From positions 682,001 to 746,000 of the forward strand of contig JABVCE010000005.1 of NCBI GenBank assembly GCA_014905635.1: a stretch of DNA of 64,000 nt. Reading direction: 5' to 3'. Position numbers and translations under genes: made by a program. Numbering within the stretch: position 1 is the stretch's first letter; each line of letters starts with the position of its first letter. Positions 14,630 through 27,168 of the stretch are shown here, one piece after another. The DNA is from Scenedesmus sp. PABB004 (taxonomy: Eukaryota). The notes under the pieces were generated by a model. That model saw nothing but the letters and a program-made list of their open reading frames with translations, did not search any database and was not told the DNA's origin.

Positions 14630-15611
14630 TCAGTCGTCGATGATGCAGCTCGCGATGTGGCGTTCGATGTCCTTGTACCGCTCGAGCCCGGTCAGCTCCA
14701 GCCTGCGCGCAGCAGCCCCCCGGGGTGACCAGCGGCTCGCGGCGCGCGGCGGCGCAGCGCGCGGGGCGCGGCCGGCCGGCGCCGCGCGCGTGTGCGCCGC
14801 GCCTGCTGCCGTCCTTGAGGAAGATCACGCAGTCCCCCCACAGGCCAAAGGCGCGCGGCGCGGTGCGCACCTCGGCGATGTTGCGGTACGCGACCTCCGT
14901 CTGGCGGCGCGGCGGCGGCGGCGGCAGCGTTGGTCGGGCGCTCCGCACCGGCGGCGCGCGGCGCGGCGCGGGTGCGCGCGCGGACGCACCGTGCGCGCGA
15001 AGAGGGGGCTGGTGTTGATGATGGTCACGCGCTTGTTGGTGAAGCGGTAGGTGAACCAGAGGCGCTTGCCGATGATGGCGATGGTAATTGGCAGGTAGAC
15101 CTGAACATGTGCAGCGAATGCGGCGGCCGGCGGCAGCGCGCGCCACTGGTCAACGCGCACCATTGCCGCGCCGGCCGTGCCCCCCTGCGCGCCGCAGGCC
15201 CTCGGCGGCGGCTGCGGCGGCGGCGCGCACCAGGGTCGCGCCGAGCAGGAGGCTGATGAGCAGCTCGGCGTTGGAGGCGCTGCCCTCATAGAAGACCTGC
15301 TCAAGGATCGCGTCGTTGACCGCCGCCGGCCCGCCGCGGCCGCCGCGGCTCGGCGCCGCGGCGGGCGCCGAGGGGCTCGCGCCGGCGGCGGTGTCGGCGT
15401 CTGCGGCGCGGCGCGGGCGCGCTGAGCGCGGGGGCACCAATGTGTGGCGGCGGCAGCAGCTGGGGCGGCGGGGCCACGCACCGCCGGACGCGCGCGCGAT
15501 GGCGCGCCGCCGATGCCGCTGCAGCTGAGGCCACGCCAGCGCTGCTGCTGCCCGGGTGCGCTGCGCCGTGCACAGCCCGCCGGCCGTGGGGCCGGCGCGT
15601 GCGAGGAGCAT
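14630..15611 (-). CDS. Plastid-targeted bacterial-type PH domain (bPH_2) membrane protein, cyanobacterial-like
   Basis: EQVFYEG...LLLGATLVYLPITIAIIGKRLWFTYRFTNKRVTI...EVAYRNIAEVRTAPRAFGLWGDCVIFLKDGSRLEL, preceded by a transit-peptide-like N-terminus. Confidence 0.75.
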
Positions 15612-16141
15612 CACGCGCTGCTGCCGCGCCGCTGCCGCCGCTGCAGAGCACCTGAAGGCCTGAGGACCACCCGGCGGCGCGGGGAGCTCTGAGGTGTGGG
15701 GGCGCGCCAGCGGGTCAGGGGGAGTGGCGGCGGCGGTGCGGCGGGCTCGCTGCTGGCGTGGCGGGGTCTTGCACACCGCCCGGGACCTGGAGTCCAGGCC
15801 GGCAGCACCAGGGCTGCGTGCCCAGCCCGATCAAGCACGCGCGAGCAGCGAACTGCAGGGCTGCTCTGCCTCCCGTTCTCCGCCGCCGCTCCATCAGCAG
15901 CGCGCCACGCCGCACGCTGCACGCCGTAGGCCCCGCAGATCGCTTCCCCGTGACTCCTGAACTCCAGGCGTCCCTTCCCAGCTGCGCTCGGCGGCTGGCC
16001 CGGCCACGCGCGGGCGCGGGCACCGGCGCAGCAGCGGTTGGCGCCGCGCCGTGCGTCGGGCGGTGCGGTGGGATGTGAGCGCCTGCAGCTGGGGAGCGCG
16101 CACCCAGGCGGCAGCGCCGGACGGAACGACGGTCCGCCGGC

Positions 16142-18446
16142 ATGGCGCTGTACCTGCAGGAGGCCGCGGGCGGCGGCGGCAGCGAGGAGGCCAACATCCG
16201 CCCGCTCGTCGAAAACTGCGCGCACAACGACGACATCACGCCCCTCGTGCGGCTCGTGTTTGAGGCGCAGAGCCTCGCCGAGTCGCCCGACACGATCGCG
16301 GGTGCGCGCGGCGGCGGCACGCGGCACGCAGCGCGCAGCGCGTGCCGTGGGGGGCGCGCGGCCGACCCGCCGCCGCGTGTGCGCGCCCGCGCCGCCGCGC
16401 CCCGCCCGCCGCAGCGGACGGGCAGCGCATGGTGGCCATCATCGGCGGCGCGCTGCGCGCGGTCGCGGCGGACCAGGGCGCGGCGGTGCGCGAGGTCTGC
16501 GCGTCCAACGCGGCCGCGATCGCGGCGACGGTCGGCGAGCTCGAGGCGATGGCCGCGGGCGTGGCCGAGGTGCGCGCGCTGCTCGTCGGCGGCAATGCCG
16601 CGATGCAGGCCGCCGGCGGCGCGCTCGTGGCGACGACCGACGGCGTGACGAAGCTCGCCGAGGTGCAGCGCAACCTCGCGGCCGCGGCGGGCGCGGTCAG
16701 CGCGGCGCAGGCGGTGCTGGAGCAGTGCCTCGCGGCGGGGCAGCTCATCGACGAGCACCAGCTCTACGCTGCCCTCTGCCTGCTGGACAAGATCCGCCGC
16801 CAGCACCTCGGTGAGAGGGAGGGAGAGAGAGGGAGAGAGAGAGGGAGGGAGGGAGGGACAAAGAAAGAGCGAGAGAGAGAGAGACGGAGAGGCTTGCTGG
16901 GGCGCAGGGAGGGCGGTTGACAGGCGGGGGCGGCCGCGGGGGCGGGGCGGCGGCGACCGGGGCGGCGCCCGGCGCAGCCGCCAGCCGCTGACACCCCGCC
17001 GCCTGCCACCTGCCGCAGCGTCGCTGCTGGGCATGCTTTCCAGCAAGGGCGGCGCGCCCGAGCCGGTGGCGGCGGCGGCGGCGGCGGGCGGCGGCGGCGG
17101 CGCGCCGCGGGGCCTCGCGGGGCGCGACCTCGAGCACCTGTCGACGCTGCACGCCTTCTTCAGCGGCCTCGTCGACGACCTCACCTCGGCCGTGCAGCGC
17201 CTCGCGCTGCAGGGCTTCAACCAGTGGCTCGTGGCGATGCGCGCCGCCGCGCGGGAGCTGGGCATGGCCGCGATACAGGCCGCCGCCGTGGAGCGCAGCC
17301 TCGACGAAGACCTCGCCACGGAGCGCCGCGCGCTGCTCGCCGCGCTCGCGGGCGGCGCCAAGCAGGGCGTGCGCGAGATCGCCGCGGGTGCGCAGCGGGG
17401 CGCGTTGCTCTGCAGCCGCCGTGCGCAGCCGCGCCGCCCCGCCTCACCCGGCCGCCGCCTTGCGCCGCCGCCCAGAGTTTGCGTCGGCGCCGTTCCGGCA
17501 GGCGCTGCTCAAGGACGCGGCGGGCCACACCGCCGCCACGCAGCCGGTGGAGGAGGAGGAGGGGCCGGAGCAGCGCGGCGGAAGCATCACCCTCAGCACC
17601 GCCGCGGGGCTGCGCGAGCTGCTGGGGTGCGCGCTGCGCTGCGGCCGTGCTGCGCTGCGGCGCGCCGGCTGGCGCGCCCGCCGGCCGCACGCGCAGCGCA
17701 CCGCGCCGCCGACCGCCGCGCCGCGCCGCGCCGCGCCCGGCTCCGCCCCGCAGCCGGCGGCCGAGCAAGAAGGGCTTCCCTATCCCCACCTCGGCCGCGG
17801 CGGCGGCGGCCGTGGCGGCGGCGGAGGCCGAGCGCGCGGCCGCGGAGCCCGCCGAGCTGCCCGACCTGGAGGAGCTCTTTCCGGGCGAGCCGCACCGCGC
17901 CATCCGCGCGCTCGTGCAGCAGCAGAAGCAGCGCTCCGGCACGGGCGGCGGCGCGCCCGGCGGTGAGCGCGCGCGAGGGCGCGGGCGCGGGCGCAGCCAT
18001 GCCGCGCGCCGCGCGCCGCCCCGCATGCCCGCCCGCCCTCAGCCGTGCCCGCCCGCCGCGCGCAGGCGGCGGCGCCGGCGGCGCGAGCGGCGCCGGCGCG
18101 GCACCCGGCGCCGCGCCCGGCGGCGCCGGCGGCGCCGGCGGGCGGCGCACGCTCTTCTCGCGCCTGCGCGCCTCGCAGGACGGCCCGCCGCCGGCGGCGG
18201 CGCCGCCGCCGCCGCCGCCGCGCGCCGTGGGCAGCCTGCCGGAGCTGGACATGTCGGGCCTGTTTGGCGCGGTGCACGTCGCGCGCAGCCTGGGGCAGCT
18301 CGACGCGTTTCGGGCGCACTACCTGTCGCAGCGGGCGCTGCAGATCGCGGCCGACCTGCAGCCGCGGGGCAACTTCATGGAGACGCACCAGGCCTACCTC
18401 GCGCAGGCGCGGCGGCGGGCGCAGCAGGGGGCGCGGCCGGCGGCGC

Positions 18447-18490
<44 letters not shown>

Positions 18491-21156
18491 GCAGCAGCAA
18501 CGAGGGCGGCGCAGCCGCGGCACGGCCGGCCGGCCGCCGCGCGCGGCGGCGCGGGCCCGCGCCCGCGTGTTTCAAATTCAAATTCAAATTGCGGTCCAAA
18601 AGAAGCCGCCGCGCGTGTGGTGCGCCGCGCAGGTGACCGGGTTCTTCGTGGTCGAGTCGTACGTGCAGCGCGTCAGCGGCGGGCTCGTGGGCGCGCCCGA
18701 GGGCGCCGCGCTCTGGGGCGGCGCGCTGCCGGGGCTGCGCGCGGCGCTGTCGGCCGCGCTCGAGGGCCTCGGCTCCGCGCCGCTGCTGCTCATGGTGAAA
18801 GACTTTGTCGCGCTCGCCGCGGTCGCGCTCGAGCGCGCCGGCTACCAGGCGCGCCACGCGCCGCGCCGCGCCGCGCCGCGCCGCGGCGGGACGCTCGCGG
18901 CGGCGCGCGCCGCGCACGCCGCGCGTGCGCCTCGCGTCATCGCCGCGCGCGCCGCAGGTCGCGCCGGTGACGGAGGTGATGCTGGCGGGCCAGGCGCGGT
19001 ACCACCAGCTGCTGGCCGCGACGCTGCAGGCGCAGCTGTCGGCCGTGGTCGAGGCGGACGTGCTGGCCGAGCTCGAGATCACGATCGAGGCGCAGCACGC
19101 CGCGCTCGTCGCGGAGTGGGGCCTGCCGGCGCAGCTGGAGGGCGCGGGTGCGCGCGCGCGCGCTCGGCGCGCGCTCTGCGGCGTCACCGCCGCCGCCGCC
19201 GCCGCCGCCAACCCGCGCTCGCGCGGCGCCGGCCCGCCACGCACGCGCTCGCGCGCGCCGCAGCCCCGCCGCGCAAGGGCGCAGCCGCGCCGAGCGTCAA
19301 CGGCGTGCCGCCGCTGCCGTACGTCGCGCCGTTCACCGCCTGCGTGCCAGAGGTGCGCGCGGTGGCCGTGCTGGCGCGCGTGCGTGCACGTGCGCGTGCC
19401 ACAGGGAGGGCGCGGCGCGGCGCTCGCCAGCTGCGCCACTCGCCCGCCCAGGCGCGCCGCCGTCGCGGCGCAGGCGCTGCGCCTGGTGCGGCGCTTTGTG
19501 GCCGACTCTGTGGCCTACCTGCGCGGCCTGACCAGCCCCGGCGAGCTGCTGCCGGCGGTGCTGCACCAGCGCGACCGCATGATGGCCAAGGCGCGGCGCG
19601 GGGGCGCGGGGGGGGGGGGGCAGCGTGCCCAGCGCGGCGGCGCGGGCGCCAGCACATTCAGCATCGCCAGCGGCGCGCTGACGCGCGCGCGGCGGTGGCG
19701 GCGCAGGTCCTGGTGGAGGTGCTCTCGTCCAAGGCGCGGTCGGTGGCAAACGCGGAGATGCTGCGCGAGTCGATGAAGGCGGCGGCCAACGCGTGGGCGA
19801 TTGGAGAGGCGCTCGACGCGCTCGACGACTGGACCATCGCCGCGGCGCGGCCCGACGCGGGCGGCGCGCCGCCCGGCCCGGCGGCGTCGCGGCTGAGCCG
19901 CGCGCGCAACCGCAAGGCCGCGCTCGCGTCGGGCGCGCTCAGCGGCACGGTGCAGGCGGCGCTGCGCGCGCTGCAGGACTCGTCTGAGCGCGACGTGCTG
20001 CGCAGCCTGGCGGGGCGCATCGAGCAGCTGCTCGAGGGCAGCCGCCGCGGCGACTGGACGCCGCCGGAGCCGCTGCCCATGGGGCAGAGCCCCTGGGTGG
20101 ACGCGCTGCTGTCCTTCCTGCAGGCGCGCCGCATGGTTCTGCGCACGGCGGGCGGGCGGGGCTGCGCGTCCGGTGCAGCCCTGACCGCGCGGCGGCGCGC
20201 ATGCGCTCGCACACACCCCGCCGCCGCAGGAGACGTTTGACGCGGGCCTGAAGCTGCTGCCGCGGCCGAGCATGGTGCGTCTCATGCGCCGCGCGCTCGC
20301 GGCGACGGGCGCGGCCGCGGTGCGCGCGTTTGGGCCCGACGGCGGCGTGCGGGCCTTCAACCTCTACGCGGTCGAGAAGCTCGCGGCCAACGTGGCCCAC
20401 ATACAGCGCTTCGCCGGCAGGCGCGCGCGCGCGCGCGCGCGCTTCGCGAAGGGGACGGCGGCGCGGCGGCGGCGCGCGCGCCCGCGCGCACCGCCGGCGC
20501 CGGCCGACCTGCTGCGTGCCGGCGGCGCGGCCGCAGGTGGGGCGTCGACGCGCTCGGCGACGAGCTCGCGGAGCCGACGCAGCTCTGCACGCTGCTGCTC
20601 TCGGGCAAGGTGCGCCGCGCACCGTCTCTGCCCACGTGCCACGCCTGCGCGCGCCGCGCCGGCGCACGGGCAGATGCCGATCCAGCCAGCCCCAGGCCGG
20701 CTCACGCGCGCCACGCCGCACCGTGCCGCCGCCGCCGCCGCCGCCGCCGCCCCGCCGCCGCCGCCGCCCCCGCCGCCGCCGCCGCGCCGCACGCGCAGCT
20801 GGAGGACTTTGTGTCGCCTGACGTGCGGCGGCAGCGCTACGCCGCGCTGGAGCCGGGGCTCGTCGCGAGCGCGCTGGACCGCTACAAGGAGGTGCGTGTG
20901 TGTGCGTGGTGGTGGTGGTGGTGGTGGGGGGGGGCTGGCTGACGGCGCGGCGGCCGGGCGGGGAATGGTCGGAGCGAGGCGGCGGCGCGCGGCCGGGCGT
21001 GTCACACGCGCGCCGCCGCCCGCGCCGCAGACGCCGCAGCAGGCCAAGCGCCACCCGCAGTGGCCCAGCAAGAAGGCGGCCGAGGCGGTCGCGCGCCATC
21101 TGCGCGCGCCGCCGCCGGCGGCCGGCGCCGCCGCGGCGCCGCGCGCCGACGCGTAG
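16142..21156 (+). CDS. SEC15: Exocyst complex component Sec15/EXOC6
   Basis: NDDITPLVRLVF, N-terminal coiled coil, LYAALCLLDKI, FNQWLVAMR, LGQLDAFRAHYLSQRALQ, VTGFFVVESYVQR, PYVAPFTACVPE, DWTPPEP, VRAFNLYAVEKLAANV, FVSPDVRRQRYAAL. Confidence 0.85.
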
Positions 21157-21207
21157 GGCCAGCTGCGCTGAGGGCGCGGCGCGCGGGGTCCGGGAGTGAA
21201 AATGCCA

Positions 21208-22846
21208 TCAGTCGAACGTCGCCCAGCCCTCCTCGCTCGCAGCGACGGTGACCGCCGGCGGCGGCGGCGCGGCTGCGGCTGCCGCGGCTGCTGGCTGCAG
21301 CGGCGGCACCGCTGGCGGCGGCGCCAGGGTCCCAGCAGGCGGCGGCGGCAGCAGCACCTGCAGCGCGCCGCCGGCAGAGGGGGCACGTCGTCAGCTGCGC
21401 AGGCGCGCTGCGCTGCATGCGCCGTGCCCACGCGTGCCCGGCCCGCCCCGCGAGCGCACCTTGCCGGTGCCGTCCGCCGACAGCCGCCCCGCCAGCGTCG
21501 CCGCGCCGGCGCGCGAGAGGAAGCCGCCGCCCTGCCTGGCGCCGGCGACGCTGCGGTGCACGTCGATCCTGCGGCAGCGGCGGCGGCGGCGGCGGCGCGC
21601 GCACGTCGGGCCCGGCCGGCGCCCCGCCCGCCCTGTCGCGGCGCCCCGCCCGCCCTGCGCGGCCCCGCCGCGCCCGCCCTGTCGCGGCGCCCCGCCCGCC
21701 CTGCCCGGCCCCGCCCGCCCTGTCGCGGCGCCCCGCCCGCCCTGCCCGGCCCCGCCGCCTGGCCCCGCCGCGCCCGCCCTGCCCGGCCTCGCCCTGCGCG
21801 GCCCCGCCGCGCCCGCCCTGCCGGGCCCCGCCCTGCGCGGCCCCGCCGCGCCCGCCCTGTCGCGGCGCCCCGCCCGCCCTGCGCGGCCCCGCCGCGCCCG
21901 CCCTGTCGCGGCGCCCCGCCCGCCCTGCCCGGCCCCGCCCGCCCTGTCGCGGCGCCCCGCCCGCCCTGCCCGGCCCCGCCGCCTGGCCCCGCCGCGCCCG
22001 CCCTGCCCGGCCCCGCCCTGCGCGGCCCCGCCGCGCCCGCCCTGCCGGGCCCCGCCCTGCGCGGCCCCGCCGCGCCCGCCCTGTCGCGGCGCCCCGCCCG
22101 CCCTGCGCGGCCCCGCCGCGCCCGCCCTGTCGCGGCGCCCCGCCCGCCCTGCCCGGCCCCGCCCGCCCTGTCGCGGCGCCCCGCCCGCCCTGCCCGGCCC
22201 CGCCGCCTGGCCCCGCCGCGCCCGCCCTGCCCGGCCCCGCCCTGCGCGGCCCCGCCGCGCCCGCCCTGCCGGGCCCCGCCCTGCGCGGCCCCGCCGCGCC
22301 CGCCCTGTCGCGGCGCCCCGCCCGCCCTGCGCGGCCCCGCCGCGCCCGCCCTGTCGCGGCGCCCCGCCCGCCCTGCCCGGCCCCGCCCTGCGCGGCCCCG
22401 CCGCGCCCGCCCTGCCGGGCCCCGCCCTGCGCGGCCCCGCCGCGCCCGCCCTGTCGCGGCGCCCCGCCCGCCCTGCGCGGCCCCGCCGCGCCCGCCCTGT
22501 CGCGGCGCCCCGCCCGCCCTGCCCGGCCCCGCCCGCCCTGTCGCGGCGCCCCGCCCGCCCTGCCCGGCCCCGCCGCCTGGCCCCGCCGCGCCCGCCCTGC
22601 CCGGCCTCGCCCTGCGCGGCCCCGCCGCGCCCGCCCTGCCCGGCCCCGCCCTGCGCGGCCCCGCCGCGCCCGCCCTGTCGCGGCGCCCCGCCCGCCCTGC
22701 GCGGCCCGCCGCCCGGCCCCGCCGCGCCCGCGCCTCATCGTCTCGCCCTCTTTGAGCGACAGGTCGCCGGGGTCCTTGTACAGCCCCGACAGCGGCGCCA
22801 GCGCGTCGCCGCGCCCGGCCGCCGCCGGCGCGGGCGCGCCGCCTCC

Positions 22847-22880
<34 letters not shown>

Positions 22881-23484
22881 GCGCGCTCGCGCCGGCACTG
22901 CCGCGCGTGGTCCGCGATCGCGGCGCTGAAGTCAAAGGCTTCGCCGCGTTCCGAAAACCCGAGCCCCAGGAACGCGTGCCGGTGCGTCGAGGGGTCCTCG
23001 ACGCGCAGCACAAAGTATCGACTGCTGTCGGCCGCCGGCTCCACCGCGGCGGCCTGGCTGTCCGGCGTGTAAGGGCAGACCGCGAACAGCTCCCCGCTGC
23101 GGCGTGCGGCGGGCCAGCGGCGGCGGCGGTGAGGGCGCAGCGCGGGGGCGCGCCGCGCCGGCGGGCAGCTGCCGGCCGTGCGCACGTGGCGGGCTCCTCC
23201 AGCCGGACCTCCACGCGCTCCCCGCACGCGACCACGCGCAGCCGGCCTGCGCCGCGCCGGGCGGCGGCGCCGTGCGGCGCTCACGCAGGGCGCGCGGGCG
23301 CGCGCGGGCGGCCGCGCCAGTGCTGCTGCCGGCGCCGCGCACCCGTCCAGAGCTGGTCCGCGACCAGCCAGTCGCCGCTGCGGTGCCCGCCTGCGTTGGG
23401 GCGCGCCGGGATGCGGTAGACCTTGACCTGCCGGTTCACGTGCAGCGTGATCTCCAGCGCCTGCTCCGCAGCGTCGCCCTCCAT
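21208..23484 (-). CDS. NECAP: Adaptin ear-binding coat-associated protein (NECAP/DUF1681)
   Basis: VKVYRIPAR...GHRSGDW...WTGRLRVV...GELFAVCPY...VEPAADSSRYFVLRVED...HAFLGLGFSERGEAFDF, DLSLKEGETM and a C-terminal WxxF-acidic motif (GWATFD*). Confidence 0.93.
21617..22725. repeat. About 1.1 kb modular GC minisatellite inside a NECAP intron (21569-22733)
   Basis: Shuffled units of about 17-24 bp, all built on CCGCCCTG (ccgccctgtcgcggcgccccgc, ccgccctgcgcggccccgccgcgc, ccgccctgcccggccccg). Confidence 0.95.
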
Positions 23485-24634
23485 CGCGCGCGCCCGCCGG
23501 CGCAGCTCCCACGAGGCCGGCGCGAGCCTGCTGGTGCTGGCGCTGCTGCTGCGCGGCCGGCGCCGGCTGCTGCGGCTGCTGCTGCCGCTGCGACCGCTGC
23601 GAGCGCTCGAGGCGCTTTCAGGGGAGAGATGACGCCCAGGGCGCGGCTGGCCACAGGCTGTGGCGCCCTGGCCGCTGCGCGCCGTGCGGCGGCAGACGCT
23701 CGGCGCTCGGCGCTGTCGCCCGCGCGGCGGGGCCGTGTGTGACGGCGGTGGGTTGTGCGCAGTGCGGGGGACGGAGTGGAAGGTCTGCGACGGCGGGGGC
23801 GCCCAGGGGACCGGGCGCGGCGCTGTCGCTGGCGCGGCGGCGCAGGTCTTCTGCTGCTCGTCGCCGTGTTGGGCTCGGTGGCGCGCCCCGACACCGCGCC
23901 CGACACGCAGTCCCTCACGATCGACCTCGACCCGCCTCCCTCGCGCCCGCAGCGCTCCGTTGCCGCCCTCGTCCCGGGACGCTTATCCGCCACGCACGGG
24001 CGTCCCCAGGCCCTGCGCGGCCGCCTGGCAATGCGGCTGGCATGAGGCCGGCCGCCTCCCGGCAGACGAGCGCTCGTAGTAGCCTGACGGCGGCGCGGCC
24101 GCTGGCCATCGCGCCCGCGCCGACCTCCCGGCGCGCCGTGGGCCTCGCCGGCGCGGCCCTGGTGCTGGTGTCGACAGCCGCAGCAGCCCACAGTCTCGGT
24201 GAGCGCCCCTCGGGGCGCAGATGTTTGTGAGCGCGGCGGCGCAGACGCGCGGCAGCGGCAGCGGCGCGTGCGCGCGCAGGGGCGGCCGGCGGCGCGGCAG
24301 CGGCAACGGCGGCAGCGGCGGCGGCGGCCCGCGCACGGACAGCCCGGACAGCCGCGGCGCCGGCACGCGGCGCGCGCCAGCACCGCCGGCGGAGGTCGGC
24401 GGCCTCCTCCGCAGCGCGCGGCGAGGCGCGGCGGCGCAGCCGATAGCGATCCCGCTGCAGCGCCCGCACACCGCCCCTCGCGCCCCGCGCGCCCCGTACG
24501 CGGCAGCAGGTGCCTGCGGGCCGGCCGTGGCGGCGGCGCAGCCGCAGCGGGCCGGCGGCGCGCCTGCGGCGCCGCCCGCGCCGGCGGCGCGCGCGCGCGG
24601 CGCGCCCGGCGCCGCGCCCCCGCCGGGCAGCAGC

Positions 24635-24873
24635 ATGGGCACCGTGAGCAAGATCGTGGGCGGAGTGCGCAGCAGCCAGGCGGAGCTGGTGGACCACCTC
24701 ATTCGCAACAAGCTGGTCAAGACCCAGCGCGTCGCTGATGCGATGCGCGGCGTCGACCGCGCAGCGTACGTCAACCCCTCGCTCGCGACGCGCGCCGACG
24801 CCTACGCGGTGCGCGGCCGCCGCGCACGCGACCGCGCGGGCACGGGCGCGAGTGCGGCGGCCGCCGCCGCCGC

Positions 24874-24915
<42 letters not shown>

Positions 24916-25860
24916 TCCCCCTGACGCCGCCCCGGGCGCCGCCGCGGCCGCCGCGGCCGCCGCAGGACCACCCGCTCGCGATCGGCGAGGGCCAGACCAT
25001 CAGCGCGCCGCACATGCACGCGATCTGCCTGGAGCTGCTCGAGCGTCACCTCGTCCCCGGCGCGCGCGTGCTCGACGTCGGCTCGGGTGCGCCGCGCCCC
25101 GCTGCGCCCCGCCCCGCCCCGCCGCGCCCCGCCGCGCCCCGCGCCCACGCCGCCCCGCCCGCGCGCCCCGCCCCGCGCGCGCCGCAGGCTCCGGCTACCT
25201 CTCCGCCTGCATGGCGCGCCTCGTGTCGCCAGGCGGCAGCGTGCTGGGCGTGGACAAGGTGCCCGAGCTCGTCGTGCGCTCGCGCGCGGCGATCGGCGCC
25301 GCCAACCCGGAGCTGCTCGCGCCGCCGCCGGCGCCGGGCGGGCGGCGGCGGCGGCCCCGAGCTGCTGCGCATCGTGCACGGCAACGCGCTCAGCGGTGCG
25401 CGGCGCGCCCGCACGCGGCGCGGCGGGCGCGGGGCAGGCGCGGCGCCCGCGCGGCAGCGCGCGAGCTCCCCCCGCGCCCGGCCGCGCGCGCAGATCTGCT
25501 GCTGGCGGAGGCGCCCTTCAACGCCATCCACGTCGGCGCCGCCGCGGACGAGCTGCATCAGGTCTTGCTCGACCGCCTGGCGCCAGGCGGGCGCATGGTC
25601 ATCCCCGTGGGCCCCCACTACAGCTACCAGGTACTACCAGGCGCGCCGCCCTTGGCGCCCCCGGCGCGTGCCGCCGCGCCTGCGCCGCCCGCCAGGAGCG
25701 CGCGCCGACGCGCCCTCCCCGCCCGCGCCCCCGCCCCCGCCAGGTGCTGATGGCGGTCGACAAGGACGCCGAGGGGCACGTGACGAGCGAGGCGCTGATG
25801 GACGTCGGCTACGTGCCGCTCACGCGCCCGAGCGACTACGAGGACGGCGCCCTGCCGTGA
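24635..25860 (+). CDS. pcm: Protein-L-isoaspartate O-methyltransferase (PIMT); possible upstream in-frame start at 24221
   Basis: [77 protein letters not shown]. Apparent 1-nt frame problem near 25340. Confidence 0.93.
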
Positions 25861-26487
25861 CGGGCGGCGGGCGCGATGGGGGGGGGGGGACGGCTGGCAG
25901 CACGCGGGAGGGCGGGAGGAGCGGCGGCGGCGGCCACCGCGCCCCAGCAGCAGCGACGCCCCGGAACGGCGCGCGGGGCGCGCGCGGGGGAGACCGAGCA
26001 GCAAGCGCGCAGCGCCTTGCAGAGTTGACGGCAGCAGGTGTGTATAACAGAGCGCCCTGCCCGGCGTGGGTGGGCGGCGCCGTGGTTTTGCGACGTGGAG
26101 ACGCGTGCGCGGCGTCCTTTTCTTTTTGTTGTTGGTCATCTGTGCACGCAGCGGCTGAGCTGAGTTGAGGCGTGGAGCGCGCGGCTGCGTCTCGCCCGCG
26201 CCTGATCGCGGCGGCGGCGACCCCGAGGCCGCGCGCGCTGCTCCCGCGCTCGACGGGCCTGACGCCGGGCGCGGGCGAGCGTGTGTGGCACAGTGCATGA
26301 AAATGCATGTAAACTGAGGTTGAGAGAGAGCCCTCGCTTCGCTATCGCTATGAGCCCCGCGCGCGGCAGCAGGCCGCCGTCGACGCTGCGAGCGGGGCAG
26401 ATGGCCCCGCGCGCCGCCGCCGCCCCCGCGCCGCCCGCTGCATGCAAAGTGGGAGACCGCCGCCGCCGCGGCCGCGTCCTCGGCCCG

Positions 26488-27168
26488 TTACGCGCCCGCG
26501 CGGCCCTTGAGGCACTCTGACGTGCAGCGCTTGATGCAGGAGTCGTTCCAGGCCGGCACCTGGTGCGGCACGGAACACACCGCGCGCTGGCACGCGTCCG
26601 TGCAGGCGTCGTGGGCTGCGCGCGGCAGCGGCGGGCGGGGCGGGGTTTGTGAGAGAGAGAGAGATCTGGGCGCCGCGCCTGCCGCACACGTGCGCGGTCC
26701 AGCGCCAGCTGCCGTCGGCGCGGCACCCCGCGCCGCGCTCACCCGACACCCCGCACACGGTCACGCACGTGTCCCGTGTCGGCTCCTGCGGGCGGCGGCG
26801 CGCGGCGCGGGCGCTGGGCGCTGGCGCTGGCGCTGGCGTGCGCCCGCCTGCTTCGCACGAGCCTCCTCGCGCCGCCGCTGCAAGGCAGCGGCACCTTGGC
26901 GAGGCTGCCCAGCTTCTTCAGCAGCCGGTCCGACGTGCACACGCGCTCGCAGACAAAGGGCGAGTCCTCCTCCCTGCGCGGCGCGGCGGTGGGCGCACCA
27001 CGCGGGAAGGCCGGCGCGCCCGGCCGCGCCGCTGCTGCTGCCGGCTCGCCGCGCGCCGCACCGCTCGCTCTCGCTGCCGTCCCGCGCCGGCCTCGAGCGC
27101 GCGGAGAGGATGCCCTTGGTGACCACCACGGGGACAGCGACCGCGGCCGCCCACCAGGGCTGCACCAT
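26488..27168 (-). CDS. Conserved green-lineage Cys-rich protein (At5g64816-like)
   Basis: Spliced: PWWAAAVAVPVV...FVCERVCTSDRLLKKLGSLAK-EPTRDTCVTVCGVS...DACTDACQRAVCSVPHQVPAWNDSCIKRCTSECLK. Matches my recollection of this plant family. Confidence 0.8.

Noticed and set aside
20364..23419. Repetitive 500-840 aa proteins on both strands
   Set aside because: They are translations of the intronic minisatellite; NECAP exons splice cleanly around it.
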